A DNA stretch of 64,000 bases from an uncultured delta proteobacterium (GTDB lineage: Bacteria; Myxococcota_A; Polyangia; Polyangiales; Houyiibacteriaceae), in the NCBI GenBank assembly GCA_963699755.1, contig CAVOVB010000001.1, positions 352,001 through 416,000 of the forward strand. The letters are read 5' to 3'. Below the pieces are notes generated by a model. That model saw only the letters and a list, made by a program, of their open reading frames with translations, was not told the origin of the DNA and did not search any database. Positions 18,767 to 28,768 of this stretch are shown piece after piece. Both the position numbers and the translations under genes were made by a program. Numbering within the stretch: position 1 is the stretch's first letter; every line of letters begins with the position of its first letter.

Positions 18767-20950
18767 ATGCCATCGCTGTCGAGAAGACGCTTCTTGGAGA
18801 TTTCATCCGCGGCGGTCGGGATGACTGCAGTCGGTGGGCTTCCCGCGTTCGCGCACGATGCGTTGGGCAAATCGGAGACGCCCGGCACGGTGGCGACGAT
18901 CTGCGATGTATGTTTTTGGAAGTGCGGCGCCGTCGCGCATCTTCGCGACGGGAAACTTTGGAAAATCGAGGGCAACGAGCTCGATCCTTTGTGTGAGGGT
19001 CGACTTTGCCCCCGCGGTACCGGCGGCGTTGGAGCACACTACGACGCCAATCGCCTGAAGTGGCCGCTCATTCGCAAGGGCGAGCGCGGCCAAGAGCAAT
19101 GGGTCCGCGCCACATGGGAGGAAGCGCTGCAAACCATCGCGGACCGCATGTCGAAGCTCAAAGCCGAGTACGGCCCCGAATCGATGGCGCTCTTCACGCA
19201 CGGGCTCGGGGGCAGCTTTTTCAAGCACACGATGCACGCCTACGGCACGCCCAACATCGCCGCGCCGTCGTACTCGCAGTGCCGGGGCCCGCGAGACGTC
19301 GGCTTCACGCTCACGTTTGGCGAGGGCGTCAGCACCCCGGAGCGCACGGACATCGCCAATGCTCGGTGCCTGGTCTTGATCGGCTCACACCTCGGCGAGA
19401 ACATGCACAACACGCAGGTGCAGGAGTTCTCGCACGCGATTGAACGCGGGGCGTCGATCATCGTCGTCGACCCGCGCTTCTCCGTAGCGGCGGGCAAAGC
19501 CAAGCACTACCTGCCCATCAAGCCCGGCACCGACATGGCACTGCTGCTCGCGTGGATGAACGTGCTCGTCAAAGAGGAGCTCTTCGACAATGAGTATGTC
19601 GAAGCGTACGGATATGGGTTCGACGCATTTGCGGCGCACATCGCCCAGTACACGCCCGACTGGGCCTATCCGAAGACCGGTATCGAGCCCAGCGTCATCC
19701 GGGAAACGGCGCGTGAAATGGCGAGGCATCGCCCGGCCTCTCTGGTCCACCCCGGCCGGCACGTGACCTGGTATGGCGACGACGCGCAGCGCAGCCGTGC
19801 GATCGCGCTTCTCAACGCATTGCTCGGGAGCTGGGGGCGCAAGGGCGGGTTTTACTATCCCGCAAGCGTGGACATTCCGGCCTATCGGTACCCGGACTAC
19901 CCGACCCCCCGCCGGCCGAAAGCCGACAACCCCGGCAACAAGTATCCATTTGCCGACGGCGCGCTGACCAACGGAATTCGCGAGGCAACCATCACGGGCA
20001 AGCCGTACCCCATCAAGGGCTGGATGGTCTACGCAACCAACCTGCTCGAGGCCATGCCGAATCGAGAGGAAACGATCCGGGCCATTCAAGAGCTCGACCT
20101 CATGGTGGTGGTCGACGTCATCCCCAGCGAGATCGCGGGCTGGGCTGACGTGGTGCTTCCCGAGGCGGTTTACCTCGAGCGATACGATGACCTTCACCTG
20201 AGCTGGTTTCGCCAGCCGTTCGTCGGGCTGCGTCAACCGGTGGTGGAGCCACCCGACGATCAGAAACCGGGGTGGTGGATCGCCCGCGAGCTCGCGACGA
20301 AGCTTGGTCTCGAACGCTTTTATCCCTGGACACACATCGAAGACTACCTGCGCGCGCGGGTCGAATCCGCCGGGCTCAGCTTCGATGATCTCAAAAAACA
20401 TGGAGTGATCCTGGGGCCGAAGGAGCCGCTCTACTTCGACGAAGGAGTCCCCGCGGAGTTTTATACGCCGTCCGGCAAGATCGAATTCTACTCCCCGCAG
20501 CTCGAAGCAGCCGGCTTCGACCCCGTCCCCACGTTTACAGCTCACGAGCAGCCGCCGCCCGGCGCGTTTCGCCTGCTCTACGGGCGGTCCCCCGTGCATT
20601 CCTTCAGCCGCACGCAGACCAACCCGGTCCTATCCGAGATGGAGGACGAAAACGAAGTCTGGTTGAACGAAGACATCGCCCGACGCTACGGGCTCGCAAG
20701 TGGCGATTACGTCCGGCTCAAGAACAGCGACGGCATCACCAGCAATCCGGTCCGCGTCAAGGCGACACAGCGCATCCGAGGCGACTGCGTCTACATGACG
20801 CATGGTTTTGGACACTCGGCGCGCGGGATCTTCCCGAAGTACAAAAAGGGTGCAAGCGACGGTCAGCTCATCACGAAGTATCGAGTCGACCCGCTGATGG
20901 GAGGCACCGGTATGAACATGACTTTCGTCACACTCGAGCTGGAGGCCTGA
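18767..20950 (+). CDS. psrA: Molybdopterin oxidoreductase catalytic subunit, PsrA/PhsA type
   Basis: Tat motif SRRRFL; FS0 CDVCFWKC...LCPRG; Mo-ligand region SYSQCRGPR; ADVVLPEAVYLER; TPSGKIE. Confidence 0.85.
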   Translation: MPSLSRRRFLEISSAAVGMTAVGGLPAFAHDALGKSETPGTVATICDVCFWKCGAVAHLRDGKLWKIEGNELDPLCEGRLCPRGTGGVGAHYDANRLKWPLIRKGERGQEQWVRATWEEALQTIADRMSKLKAEYGPESMALFTHGLGGSFFKHTMHAYGTPNIAAPSYSQCRGPRDVGFTLTFGEGVSTPERTDIANARCLVLIGSHLGENMHNTQVQEFSHAIERGASIIVVDPRFSVAAGKAKHYLPIKPGTDMALLLAWMNVLVKEELFDNEYVEAYGYGFDAFAAHIAQYTPDWAYPKTGIEPSVIRETAREMARHRPASLVHPGRHVTWYGDDAQRSRAIALLNALLGSWGRKGGFYYPASVDIPAYRYPDYPTPRRPKADNPGNKYPFADGALTNGIREATITGKPYPIKGWMVYATNLLEAMPNREETIRAIQELDLMVVVDVIPSEIAGWADVVLPEAVYLERYDDLHLSWFRQPFVGLRQPVVEPPDDQKPGWWIARELATKLGLERFYPWTHIEDYLRARVESAGLSFDDLKKHGVILGPKEPLYFDEGVPAEFYTPSGKIEFYSPQLEAAGFDPVPTFTAHEQPPPGAFRLLYGRSPVHSFSRTQTNPVLSEMEDENEVWLNEDIARRYGLASGDYVRLKNSDGITSNPVRVKATQRIRGDCVYMTHGFGHSARGIFPKYKKGASDGQLITKYRVDPLMGGTGMNMTFVTLELEA

Positions 20951-20955
20951 CGAGC

Positions 20956-21507
20956 ATGGCCCGTTTCGGAATGGTCATCGACACAGCCAAGTGCGTTGGA
21001 TGCATGGACTGCGTCGTGGCGTGCAAGACCGAAAACGACGTGCCGGACGGCTTCTGTCGCGACTGGATTGCGACCGAAGTGACAGGCTCCTTTCCCGAGC
21101 TCTCGATGGAGATCCGCAGCGAGCGCTGCAACATGTGTGACAACCCACCCTGCGTCTACTGCTGTCCCACAGGAGCGAGCCACGTCTCCGAGTACGGCAA
21201 GCTCGTGCAGATCACCAACGAGAAGTGCATCGGATGCAAGGCTTGCCTGGCCGCTTGCCCTTACGGCGCGCGCTTCACCCATCCGGACGGCTACGCCGAC
21301 AAGTGCAGCTTCTGCGAGCATCGTCTGAGGGAAGGTAAAGACCCCGCGTGCGTCTCCGTCTGCCCAACCTATTGCATGTATTTTGGCGACCTGGACGACC
21401 CCAACAGCGAGGTCAGCAGGCTCCTCAAGTCGCGCAAATCAAAGACTCTGCTGCCCGAGGCGGGCACGCAGCCGCGGATTCACTTCCTCACCGACGAACC
21501 CAAGTGA
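20956..21507 (+). CDS. psrB: 4Fe-4S subunit PsrB/NrfC
   Basis: CVGCMDCVVAC, CNMCDNPPCVYCCP, CIGCKACLAACP, KCSFC...PACVSVCP. Confidence 0.9.
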   Translation: MARFGMVIDTAKCVGCMDCVVACKTENDVPDGFCRDWIATEVTGSFPELSMEIRSERCNMCDNPPCVYCCPTGASHVSEYGKLVQITNEKCIGCKACLAACPYGARFTHPDGYADKCSFCEHRLREGKDPACVSVCPTYCMYFGDLDDPNSEVSRLLKSRKSKTLLPEAGTQPRIHFLTDEPK

Positions 21508-21512
21508 CGCCC

Positions 21513-22451
21513 ATGTCGGAATACACGACCACCAACAGCAATCCCTTCGTCGACATGTCGCATCAGGTCTGGGCGTGGGAGATTCCGGTCTATCTGTTCT
21601 TGGGCGGCCTGGTGGCCGGCATGATGGTCATCTCCGGGTACTTCTTGCTCAGCGGCCGATGGCGTAACCCGCGGTCCTTTTGTTATGCGCTGCCAAGCTG
21701 GAGCCTGGTCCTGCTCTCGCTCGGTATGCTCGCTCTGTTCTTGGACCTCGAGCACAAGCTCTACGTCTGGCGGCTGTACCTGACCTTCGAGGTGACCTCG
21801 CCCATGTCCTGGGGCTCGTGGATTTTGCTGCTCGTCTATCCGGCACTGCTGGCCAATTTGTTTCTCACCCCGCCAGAGCGCCTCCGGGACCGCTTCCCAC
21901 GAGTCGCAGACATTTCAAACCGCCTGCAGGCGCAGCCGTCGGCAGTCACCGCGATTGCGGTCGTCAACATCGGGCTTGGGATCATGGTCGGCATCTACAC
22001 CGGGATTTTGCTGAGCTCGCTCGGCGCCAGGCCGCTTTGGAGCAGTGGTCTGCTCGGCCCGCTCTTCTTGGTTTCGGGCTTGTCGACGGCCGCGGCGCTG
22101 GTCCATTTGTTGACCAAGGAGCCCGAGGAGTCGGCCTTCGCGATGCGCGCGGACATCGGGCTGTTGATCACGGAGCTCGTGTTCATCGGCTTGTTCCTCA
22201 TCGGTTTGATGAACGCGTCGAAGGTGCACCAGGAGGCCGCCAGCATGCTTCTAGGCGGCCCGTTCACTGCCGTTTTCTGGGTCTTGGTCGTTGGGCTGGG
22301 CCTGCTCGTTCCCATCGTGATTCAGAGCCTGACTGTGGCCCGCCGCATCGGTCACACCCCCGTGGCGCCGCTTCTCGTCATTGCCGGCGGCCTCGTCTTT
22401 CGTTTCGTCATGGTCAACGCTGGGCAGTTGAGCCATTGGACGCCAACATGA
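21513..22451 (+). CDS. psrC: NrfD/PsrC membrane anchor
   Basis: WEIPVYLFLGG, LDL, SPMSWGSW, YTGILL, RPLW. Confidence 0.88.
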   Translation: MSEYTTTNSNPFVDMSHQVWAWEIPVYLFLGGLVAGMMVISGYFLLSGRWRNPRSFCYALPSWSLVLLSLGMLALFLDLEHKLYVWRLYLTFEVTSPMSWGSWILLLVYPALLANLFLTPPERLRDRFPRVADISNRLQAQPSAVTAIAVVNIGLGIMVGIYTGILLSSLGARPLWSSGLLGPLFLVSGLSTAAALVHLLTKEPEESAFAMRADIGLLITELVFIGLFLIGLMNASKVHQEAASMLLGGPFTAVFWVLVVGLGLLVPIVIQSLTVARRIGHTPVAPLLVIAGGLVFRFVMVNAGQLSHWTPT

Positions 22452-22489
22452 TGCTGGCTTCGCCGCGCAGCTCGGGAAGGAAGGAATCG

Positions 22490-23017
22490 ATGACAAGTGC
22501 ACGTGAGCCTGCCCCCTACATGAACCCGTATCTCGCGGGACTCGGCTTGGGCTTGGTTCTTCTAACCACCTTCGTGGTGATGGGCCGCGGCCTCGGCGCG
22601 TCGGGCGCGTTCTCGACGATCGTCGCAGTCGGCGTGGACGCGGTGGCGCCGGCGCACGCGGCCGGCAACGAATTCTATCGCGGCTACCTCGAAAACGGCT
22701 TTGGAAGCCCATTCAAGAGCTTCCTGATGTTCGAGGTCATCGGCGTCTTGATCGGAGGCTTCCTCTCCGGCTCGCTGGCGGGCCGGGTGAAGAAAACGGT
22801 CGAGAAAGGTCCCAGAATTTCCGCCAAGGGCCGAATGGCATTCGCCGTGGCCGGCGGCGCCCTGATGGGCTTCGGCGCCAAGCTCGCCGGAGGTTGCACG
22901 AGCGGGCAGGGGCTTTCGGGTGGTGCGGTCCTCGGCCTCGGCAGCTGGACCTTCATGATCATGGTTTTCGTCGGAGGCTATGCCGGGGCCTACTTCATGA
23001 GGAGGGAGTGGCGATGA
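22490..23017 (+). CDS. YeeE/YedE-family sulfur transporter, half-size subunit 1
   Basis: PYLAGLGLG, GLGASG, GAKLAGGCTSGQ; RBS AGGAAGGA. Confidence 0.85.
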   Translation: MTSAREPAPYMNPYLAGLGLGLVLLTTFVVMGRGLGASGAFSTIVAVGVDAVAPAHAAGNEFYRGYLENGFGSPFKSFLMFEVIGVLIGGFLSGSLAGRVKKTVEKGPRISAKGRMAFAVAGGALMGFGAKLAGGCTSGQGLSGGAVLGLGSWTFMIMVFVGGYAGAYFMRREWR

Positions 23018-23628
23018 GCGCGCCCTTTTACAAGTACGCGCTGTTCGGCGACGAGATGTCGCTGATCTTGGCGGTCATCATCGGCATCGGCTTCGGTTTC
23101 TTCCTCGAACGAGCGGGCTTCGGCAGCGCCAGGAAGCTCGTTGCGCAGTTCTACTTCACAGACATGGCCGTCTTCAAAGTGATGTTCTCGGCGATCGTCA
23201 CCGCCATGCTCGGCCTGTTCTATATCTCCTGGGCGGGTTTGCTCGATCTTTCGATGGTTTTCGTCGCGCCGACCTACTGGCTGCCGCAGTTGGTTGGCGG
23301 GCTCGTCCTCGGTTTCGGCTTCATCATCGGCGGTTACTGTCCGGGCACGTCGCTGGTTGCGGTGTCGACGGGCCGCCTCGATGCCCTGGCGTTTTGCGGC
23401 GGCGTCCTCGGCGGAATCTTCGCCTATGGCGAGGTCTATCCGTCGATCGCCGGCTTCGTGACCTCGACCTCGATGGGTCGGGTCACCCTCGATAGCTGGC
23501 TTGAGGTCCGCCTCAGCCTCGTCGTCTTCGCGGTCGTGTTCGTGGCGGTGCTCGGCTTCTGGGGCGCGACGACGGTCGAACGGAAGCTCGCTCGGCGCGA
23601 AGACGCGGATGCGGGAGCGCTGACATGA
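23014..23628 (+). CDS. YeeE/YedE-family sulfur transporter, half-size subunit 2
   Basis: GFGFFLERAGFG, VFKVMFSAI, GGYCPGTS; ATGA overlap. Confidence 0.85.
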   Translation: MSAPFYKYALFGDEMSLILAVIIGIGFGFFLERAGFGSARKLVAQFYFTDMAVFKVMFSAIVTAMLGLFYISWAGLLDLSMVFVAPTYWLPQLVGGLVLGFGFIIGGYCPGTSLVAVSTGRLDALAFCGGVLGGIFAYGEVYPSIAGFVTSTSMGRVTLDSWLEVRLSLVVFAVVFVAVLGFWGATTVERKLARREDADAGALT

Positions 23629-24275
23629 GCCGCATCGACCCCCGGGGCTGGGGGCTCAATCAGCGGCTTGCGGCCGTGGCGCTGACGCTCGCGGCCATCG
23701 GCTTGCTGGGCTCGCCATCCCCGGGTGCTGCGGTCACGTTGAATACCCGCGAGCTTGCCGAAATCGTCGAATCGGAGGTCGATCACATCACCGCCGATGA
23801 GCTTGCTGAATGGATCGTTCAAGGCCGCGCCGACTATCGACTGATCGATGTGCGAAGCCCCGAAGCGTACGCCGAGTATCACATCCCAAGCGCCGAGTCG
23901 GCGACCCTGCGAGAGCTGCACGACTACCCGCTCTATCGCAACGAAAAGATCGTGCTGTACTCCGAGGGAGGGATTCACTCCGCGCAGGCCTGGTTCTTGT
24001 TGCGGGCCCGGGGCTTTGCAGGGTCGTACATTCTTCTCGGGGGCCTCGATGCCTGGACCGACGAAATCCTGTTCCCCGAGCTTCCCGCCGACGCGACTCC
24101 CGATGAGGTCGCCGAGCTCGAGCAGCGCCGCAAGGTGAGCGAGCTCTTCGGCGGCAAGCCTCGGGCAGGCGGGGGCACCGTCGAGCCTGCCGGGGTCGAG
24201 CTACCCAAAGTAGCGCCCCCTGCGCCTGTTGCGGCGCCAATGAAACGAAAGAAGCCCCATAAGCAAGGCTGCTGA
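23625..24275 (+). CDS. Rhodanese-like protein (active-site Cys replaced by Ser) with C-terminal ...QGC tail
   Basis: LIDVRS, YHIPSA, IVLYSEGGIHS, LLGGLDAW; N-terminal hydrophobic helix; ATGA overlap. Confidence 0.8.
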   Translation: MSRIDPRGWGLNQRLAAVALTLAAIGLLGSPSPGAAVTLNTRELAEIVESEVDHITADELAEWIVQGRADYRLIDVRSPEAYAEYHIPSAESATLRELHDYPLYRNEKIVLYSEGGIHSAQAWFLLRARGFAGSYILLGGLDAWTDEILFPELPADATPDEVAELEQRRKVSELFGGKPRAGGGTVEPAGVELPKVAPPAPVAAPMKRKKPHKQGC

Positions 24276-24393
24276 TGGCGACGGCTCGAAGGGCGACCGC
24301 GATTGGAAGAGATGCGCTCAGCATTGTCCTAGACCGGCAGCCGCCAAAGGCCCTATCTGCGCCGCGAGCTACTCGATGTGACGTCTAGTCCCG

Positions 24394-24747
24394 TCAAGAC
24401 CCGCAGTCTTCGTTCGGGGTCTGCGCCGCCTTCGCGCATTCGACCTGGAAATCGTAGGGGACTTCATCGGCGCAATCAGGCCAATTGCCGCTTGTCATCC
24501 AGAGCTCGACGAGCCGAAGACGCGCACATAGGCGTGCGAAGCGCGAGCCGTTCCGCAACTCCGGCATTCGGGCCTGAAACAACAGCGAGGTCCGGTAGCC
24601 GGCTGGGCCCATGTCGTCAGCGCTTCCGCTCGGCCCGAGTCGCGCGGTTTCGGCCACCCGGTATGCATCGTCGACGAGGCCGAGATGCGCTGCGTACACC
24701 AGAGCTGAGACGTCGATGCCGCCCGTCTTCGCGACGCGCTCGTCCAA
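24394..24747 (-). pseudogene. C-terminal remnant of a TPR/TolB-like regulatory protein
   Basis: PELRNGSRFARLCARLRLVELW...WPDCADEVPYDF resembles the C-terminus of such proteins; no N-terminal part present. Confidence 0.35.
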
Positions 24748-24797
24748 GGCGCATCGCCAGGCGCCGACGTTCTCCGGGGTCGGGTCCCGCTTGGTTT

Positions 24798-25937
24798 CTA
24801 GGGAGTGACCTGTAGGATGGTCACGGTACTGGGATCTCTGGGTCCGTTTTCCACCAGTAGGTAGAGAACGTCATCCGCGGCGGCGATTCCTCGATAGCGT
24901 TGGAAGAGCTGTCCGTAGCCTGGGATCTCGTACGTGCCGAGCACCTGGCGCGTGTCCGGATCGATGCGCACCACTGGCGAGGGGCTGCCGAACACGATGC
25001 CCCAAAAGTAGGTTCCGTCCCAGGTCAGAGCGGCGAGATCGAGCGCAAAGGGGTAGCTGTTGATGAGGGTCTTGGTGGTCGCGTCGACCTGAAGCAGCTC
25101 ACGCTCACCGGCGGTGCTCGATTCGCCCGACAACCAAAGATGGGTGCCGTCCCAGGCCATCGCACCGATCGAGAGTCGATGACCCAGATCCAGATCGGTG
25201 TCGATGCTGTCTATCTGGACATCCGCGAAATCACGCCGAGACACGATGTACCCCGCGCCCGTGTGAAACCAGAGAAAAGAGCCGTCATAGGCCTGCACCC
25301 CGGCGACGTTGCTGGGCAGATCGATGGGGGCGCCGAGTGTGCCGAGCACGGGATCGTACTGCAAGAGTTGATCGTTTGGCTGGGCATCGGCGCCAAACCA
25401 TAGGGACGAACCGTCCCAAACCAGTCCCGTCTCGGTGTGCGGGTCGGCCTCGAGCTCATTGGAGGACAGGACTTCGGAGAAGGCCTGGCATTCCGCTCCC
25501 GCTGGGAGCACGTCGAGTTTGATGAAGGTCTGACTGCGGCCGACGTTGTCCATCAAGGTCATGGCTTCGCCGTCGACCGCGAAAGCGAAGCTCTTGGGCG
25601 AGAAAGCCGAGGCTTCGTCGAAGATCTCCATGTCGATGAACACGGCTCCATCGCCGAACGGTGCATAGATGAAATCCAGACAGCCCAACGCACCGCTTTC
25701 CGGCTCCCTGAAGACGAACTCCCCGGTGCCGTCTTCCCGGAGCTGCATGACGAGAAACTCAGCACCTGGAAAGAACCGGAACAACTCGCCCTCACCGGGT
25801 TGCCAGCTCCCCACGAGCTCCTGAGTGGCCGCTCCTTGGTTTCCGTCGTCCGAACAACCCACGAACACTGTGGCAAGAAGGCCAAGCAACAAAAACACGC
25901 CACCCGTCGTTCTCACCCGCCCACCAGTCTGCTTCAT
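24798..25937 (-). CDS. Lipoprotein with WDG-repeat beta-propeller (glutaminyl cyclase-like fold)
   Basis: GGAGG RBS; lipobox FVGC; repeats GLVWDGSSLW, AYDGSFLW, MAWDGTHLW, LTWDGTYFW. Confidence 0.7.
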   Translation of the reverse strand: MKQTGGRVRTTGGVFLLLGLLATVFVGCSDDGNQGAATQELVGSWQPGEGELFRFFPGAEFLVMQLREDGTGEFVFREPESGALGCLDFIYAPFGDGAVFIDMEIFDEASAFSPKSFAFAVDGEAMTLMDNVGRSQTFIKLDVLPAGAECQAFSEVLSSNELEADPHTETGLVWDGSSLWFGADAQPNDQLLQYDPVLGTLGAPIDLPSNVAGVQAYDGSFLWFHTGAGYIVSRRDFADVQIDSIDTDLDLGHRLSIGAMAWDGTHLWLSGESSTAGERELLQVDATTKTLINSYPFALDLAALTWDGTYFWGIVFGSPSPVVRIDPDTRQVLGTYEIPGYGQLFQRYRGIAAADDVLYLLVENGPRDPSTVTILQVTP

Positions 25938-26097
25938 GATTACCTCCAAACGATGGTCCCAGGTTTGGACTCGCGCGCAAGATGCGGGCCAAACGAGAAC
26001 ATGTGAAATTCCTTCTTTTTCAGCGGATGCGCGATCTCGGGTCCTGGGAGGTTTCCGCAGACCAGCAGGGCACGAGGGCGGGGCCGGTTTTCCGCCC

Positions 26098-26841
26098 TCA
26101 CAAGACCACGGCCTTACCGTCTTCGGCCGTCTCGAGGTCGATCTCCGATAGCCGTGAAAGCATGTCGTCACTCATGTGCGTCAGGATGATGCGTTGGCAA
26201 GTCATGCGCGGCCGATTCTCGACAATCCTCGCGTAGCTATTGTGGAGCGGGACGTCTTTGTCGAAGACGTAGCACTCGCAGGCGAAAAGATCGGCGCCGG
26301 CCGACGCTTCGAGGAGCGCATCGGTCCACTGGGAGTCCCCCGAGTACGCAAGGACCTTGCCGGCGACCTCGATGCGCAGGCTATACGATGGCGCACCGCT
26401 GAAATGCGCAGCGGGAAACGCGATCACGGATACGCCGTCGATCGGGGTCGCTTGCCGCGGCTTCAGCTCGACGATCCGCAGATCGAAGCTTGGCTCGACT
26501 TTGGATGACCCTGCGAATAGGACCTCCATTGCCTGCATGAGTCGGTCTTCTAGACCAGGAGGCCCGGCGATCGTGAGCGGCGCGCTCCGTTTGGAGACGA
26601 GCTGGGCGTCGAGAAGGAAGAACGGAAGACCGCCGAAATGGTCGCCATGCAAGTGCGTGATGAGGACCTTGCTCACATCGCGCGGCTCGACCCGCTGCTG
26701 CCGCATCGCGATGAGGGAAGATGCGCCGCAGTCGATCAGGAAGAAATCGTCCGGGCTGCGGACGCCGATGCAGGTCTGGAAACGGCCTCCGCTGCCGAAG
26801 GCGTCGCCGCTGCCGATGAACTGGATTTCGACTCGGGCCAT
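26098..26841 (-). CDS. MBL-fold metallohydrolase (RNase Z/BN-like)
   Basis: GSGDAFGSGGR, LIDCG, THLHGDHFGG, YSGDS, LTH. Confidence 0.9.
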   Translation of the reverse strand: MARVEIQFIGSGDAFGSGGRFQTCIGVRSPDDFFLIDCGASSLIAMRQQRVEPRDVSKVLITHLHGDHFGGLPFFLLDAQLVSKRSAPLTIAGPPGLEDRLMQAMEVLFAGSSKVEPSFDLRIVELKPRQATPIDGVSVIAFPAAHFSGAPSYSLRIEVAGKVLAYSGDSQWTDALLEASAGADLFACECYVFDKDVPLHNSYARIVENRPRMTCQRIILTHMSDDMLSRLSEIDLETAEDGKAVVL

Positions 26842-27021
26842 GGCGACACCTCTTTGCCAGGAGCCTAACGCGTTCTCTGTTTCTCCCGAAACCGCGAAAT
26901 GAAACTTCAGCGAATATGCTGAGAAAGCTCGGACTTCGGAACGTCGGCGAGAGAGGATTCGCGGATCCGGACGGGACGCTTCGAGCTGCGATGCAGAGCC
27001 GTAAGCGCAGGGACTGAGCCG

Positions 27022-28677
27022 CTACGGAGCAATCCTCTTCTTGATCGCCTTGGCGAGAGGTGAAGGGACGCGGCCGAGCGCGTTGAGCATGTGCGGTAGC
27101 ACTTTGAGTCTCAATCCTTCGTACTCGCTAGGGACGATCGCATCGATTAGATACGGGCCGCGGGTCTTCAGTGCGTTCCGCAGCGCTGCGTTGAAGTCCT
27201 CGGCCGTTTCGACGCGTTGCGAAGGCACGCCCATTCCTTTGGCGATCGCCACGAAGTCAATCGCGGGTTCTGACAAATCTAGTTGCGCCTTGGCTTTGGA
27301 TCCGATTTTGTCTGCTCCGACGCGCTCGAGCTCGATATTGAGAATCCCATAGGAGCGGTTGTTGAAAATGATCGTAGTGACGTCTAGACCCTCGCGTGCG
27401 ATCGTCCATAGGGCCTGAATCGTGTACATGGCGGAGCCATCGCCGATGAGTGCGAGTACGGGACGGCCCGGCGAGGCCGTTGCCGCGCCGACCGCGACCG
27501 GCAAGCCTTGTCCGATTGCTCCACCAGTCAAAGTCAGCACGTCATGACGAGGCGCACCCGCGGTGAGGCTCGCCAGCCTCACCCCGGAGGTTTGCGCCTC
27601 GTCTGAGATGATGGCGTCTCTCGGCAACAAGGCACCAATGGCCTGGCACACCTTGGCAGCGTTGAGCTTGCCGTTGGGCAACTCTGGACGTACCGCGCTC
27701 TGCAACTCGGGCTCTGTGTCGGACGCACCAACCGCTTCGACGAGTGCCTGCAGCGACGCGAGCGCACCTTCGTGCGCCTGCACCAAGGTGTGGGCTGTGC
27801 AGCTATCTGGCACGAGATAGCTCTTCTTGCCTGGATAGGCGAAGAACGACACGGGGGCCTTTGCATCGACCAGAACCAAATGGTCGTAGCCGTCGAGCTG
27901 CACCGAAGCCATTTCGGCGAGATACGCAATGCGCTCAACGGAGGGCAGCCCTTCACCTCGCTCGAGGCGCGTCGGGAAGACCTCGCAGAAGAGCTTGGCG
28001 CCTGTCTTCTCTGCAATCTGCGACGCCGCGCGCAGCCCCGCCTCACGTAGCACCCGATTGCCCAACAAGAAGGCGACCTTCTTGCCCGACTTCTTGATGA
28101 CGCGCGCGATCGCCTGCACCGTCTCATCGGACGCCGGCGGCGCTTGCTGAGGCTTGTGCGCCTGCACGGGTTCGGCACCCTCTCCCCAGGACACATCCGC
28201 GGGCAAGATCAGGGTTGCAATCTGTGCGGGCGGGCCCATGGCCACCGCTACCGCTTCCGCCGCATCGGCAGCCAATTGGCTGGTTTCACGCGTCGTCTTG
28301 ATCCACGTAGAAATGTTCTTGGCGACGGTCTCGATGTCCGACTGCAACTGCGCGTCGTATTGAGCGTGATAGGTCGCATGATCTCCGATGATGTTGATCA
28401 TAGGCACACGGGCCTTGCGCGCATTGTGCAGGTTCGCGAGCGCATTGCCTAGACCGCATCCGAGATGCAATAGCGTTGCTGCGGGCCTATCTGCCATGCG
28501 CGCGTATCCGTCGGCAGCTCCGGACGCCACGCCCTCGAACAAACACAATACCGCGCGCATATCAGCGCGGTCCAACGCGGCAACGAAGTGCATCTCCGAC
28601 GTTCCGGGATTGGTGAAGCAGGTGTCCACACCACAGTGGATGAGAGTCTCAATCAGAGCTCGTGCGCCGTTTCCCAT
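27022..28677 (-). CDS. Thiamine diphosphate enzyme, acetolactate synthase large subunit-like
   Basis: NPGTSEMHF, LFEGVASGAADGY, GDGSAMY...NNRSY. Confidence 0.9.
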   Translation of the reverse strand: MGNGARALIETLIHCGVDTCFTNPGTSEMHFVAALDRADMRAVLCLFEGVASGAADGYARMADRPAATLLHLGCGLGNALANLHNARKARVPMINIIGDHATYHAQYDAQLQSDIETVAKNISTWIKTTRETSQLAADAAEAVAVAMGPPAQIATLILPADVSWGEGAEPVQAHKPQQAPPASDETVQAIARVIKKSGKKVAFLLGNRVLREAGLRAASQIAEKTGAKLFCEVFPTRLERGEGLPSVERIAYLAEMASVQLDGYDHLVLVDAKAPVSFFAYPGKKSYLVPDSCTAHTLVQAHEGALASLQALVEAVGASDTEPELQSAVRPELPNGKLNAAKVCQAIGALLPRDAIISDEAQTSGVRLASLTAGAPRHDVLTLTGGAIGQGLPVAVGAATASPGRPVLALIGDGSAMYTIQALWTIAREGLDVTTIIFNNRSYGILNIELERVGADKIGSKAKAQLDLSEPAIDFVAIAKGMGVPSQRVETAEDFNAALRNALKTRGPYLIDAIVPSEYEGLRLKVLPHMLNALGRVPSPLAKAIKKRIAP

Positions 28678-28768
28678 GGTCGTTCAGTCGCGGCAGCGTA
28701 CTCTGCGACCGACATGTTGGCTAGCGATGCAGCCTGACAGCCACAGCTTAAGGCCGCGAAGCCGTGGT

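Noticed and set aside
24267..24330. Selenocysteine read-through of GC-TGA in the rhodanese tail
   Set aside because: No convincing SECIS-like hairpin after the TGA, and the extension is not protein-like
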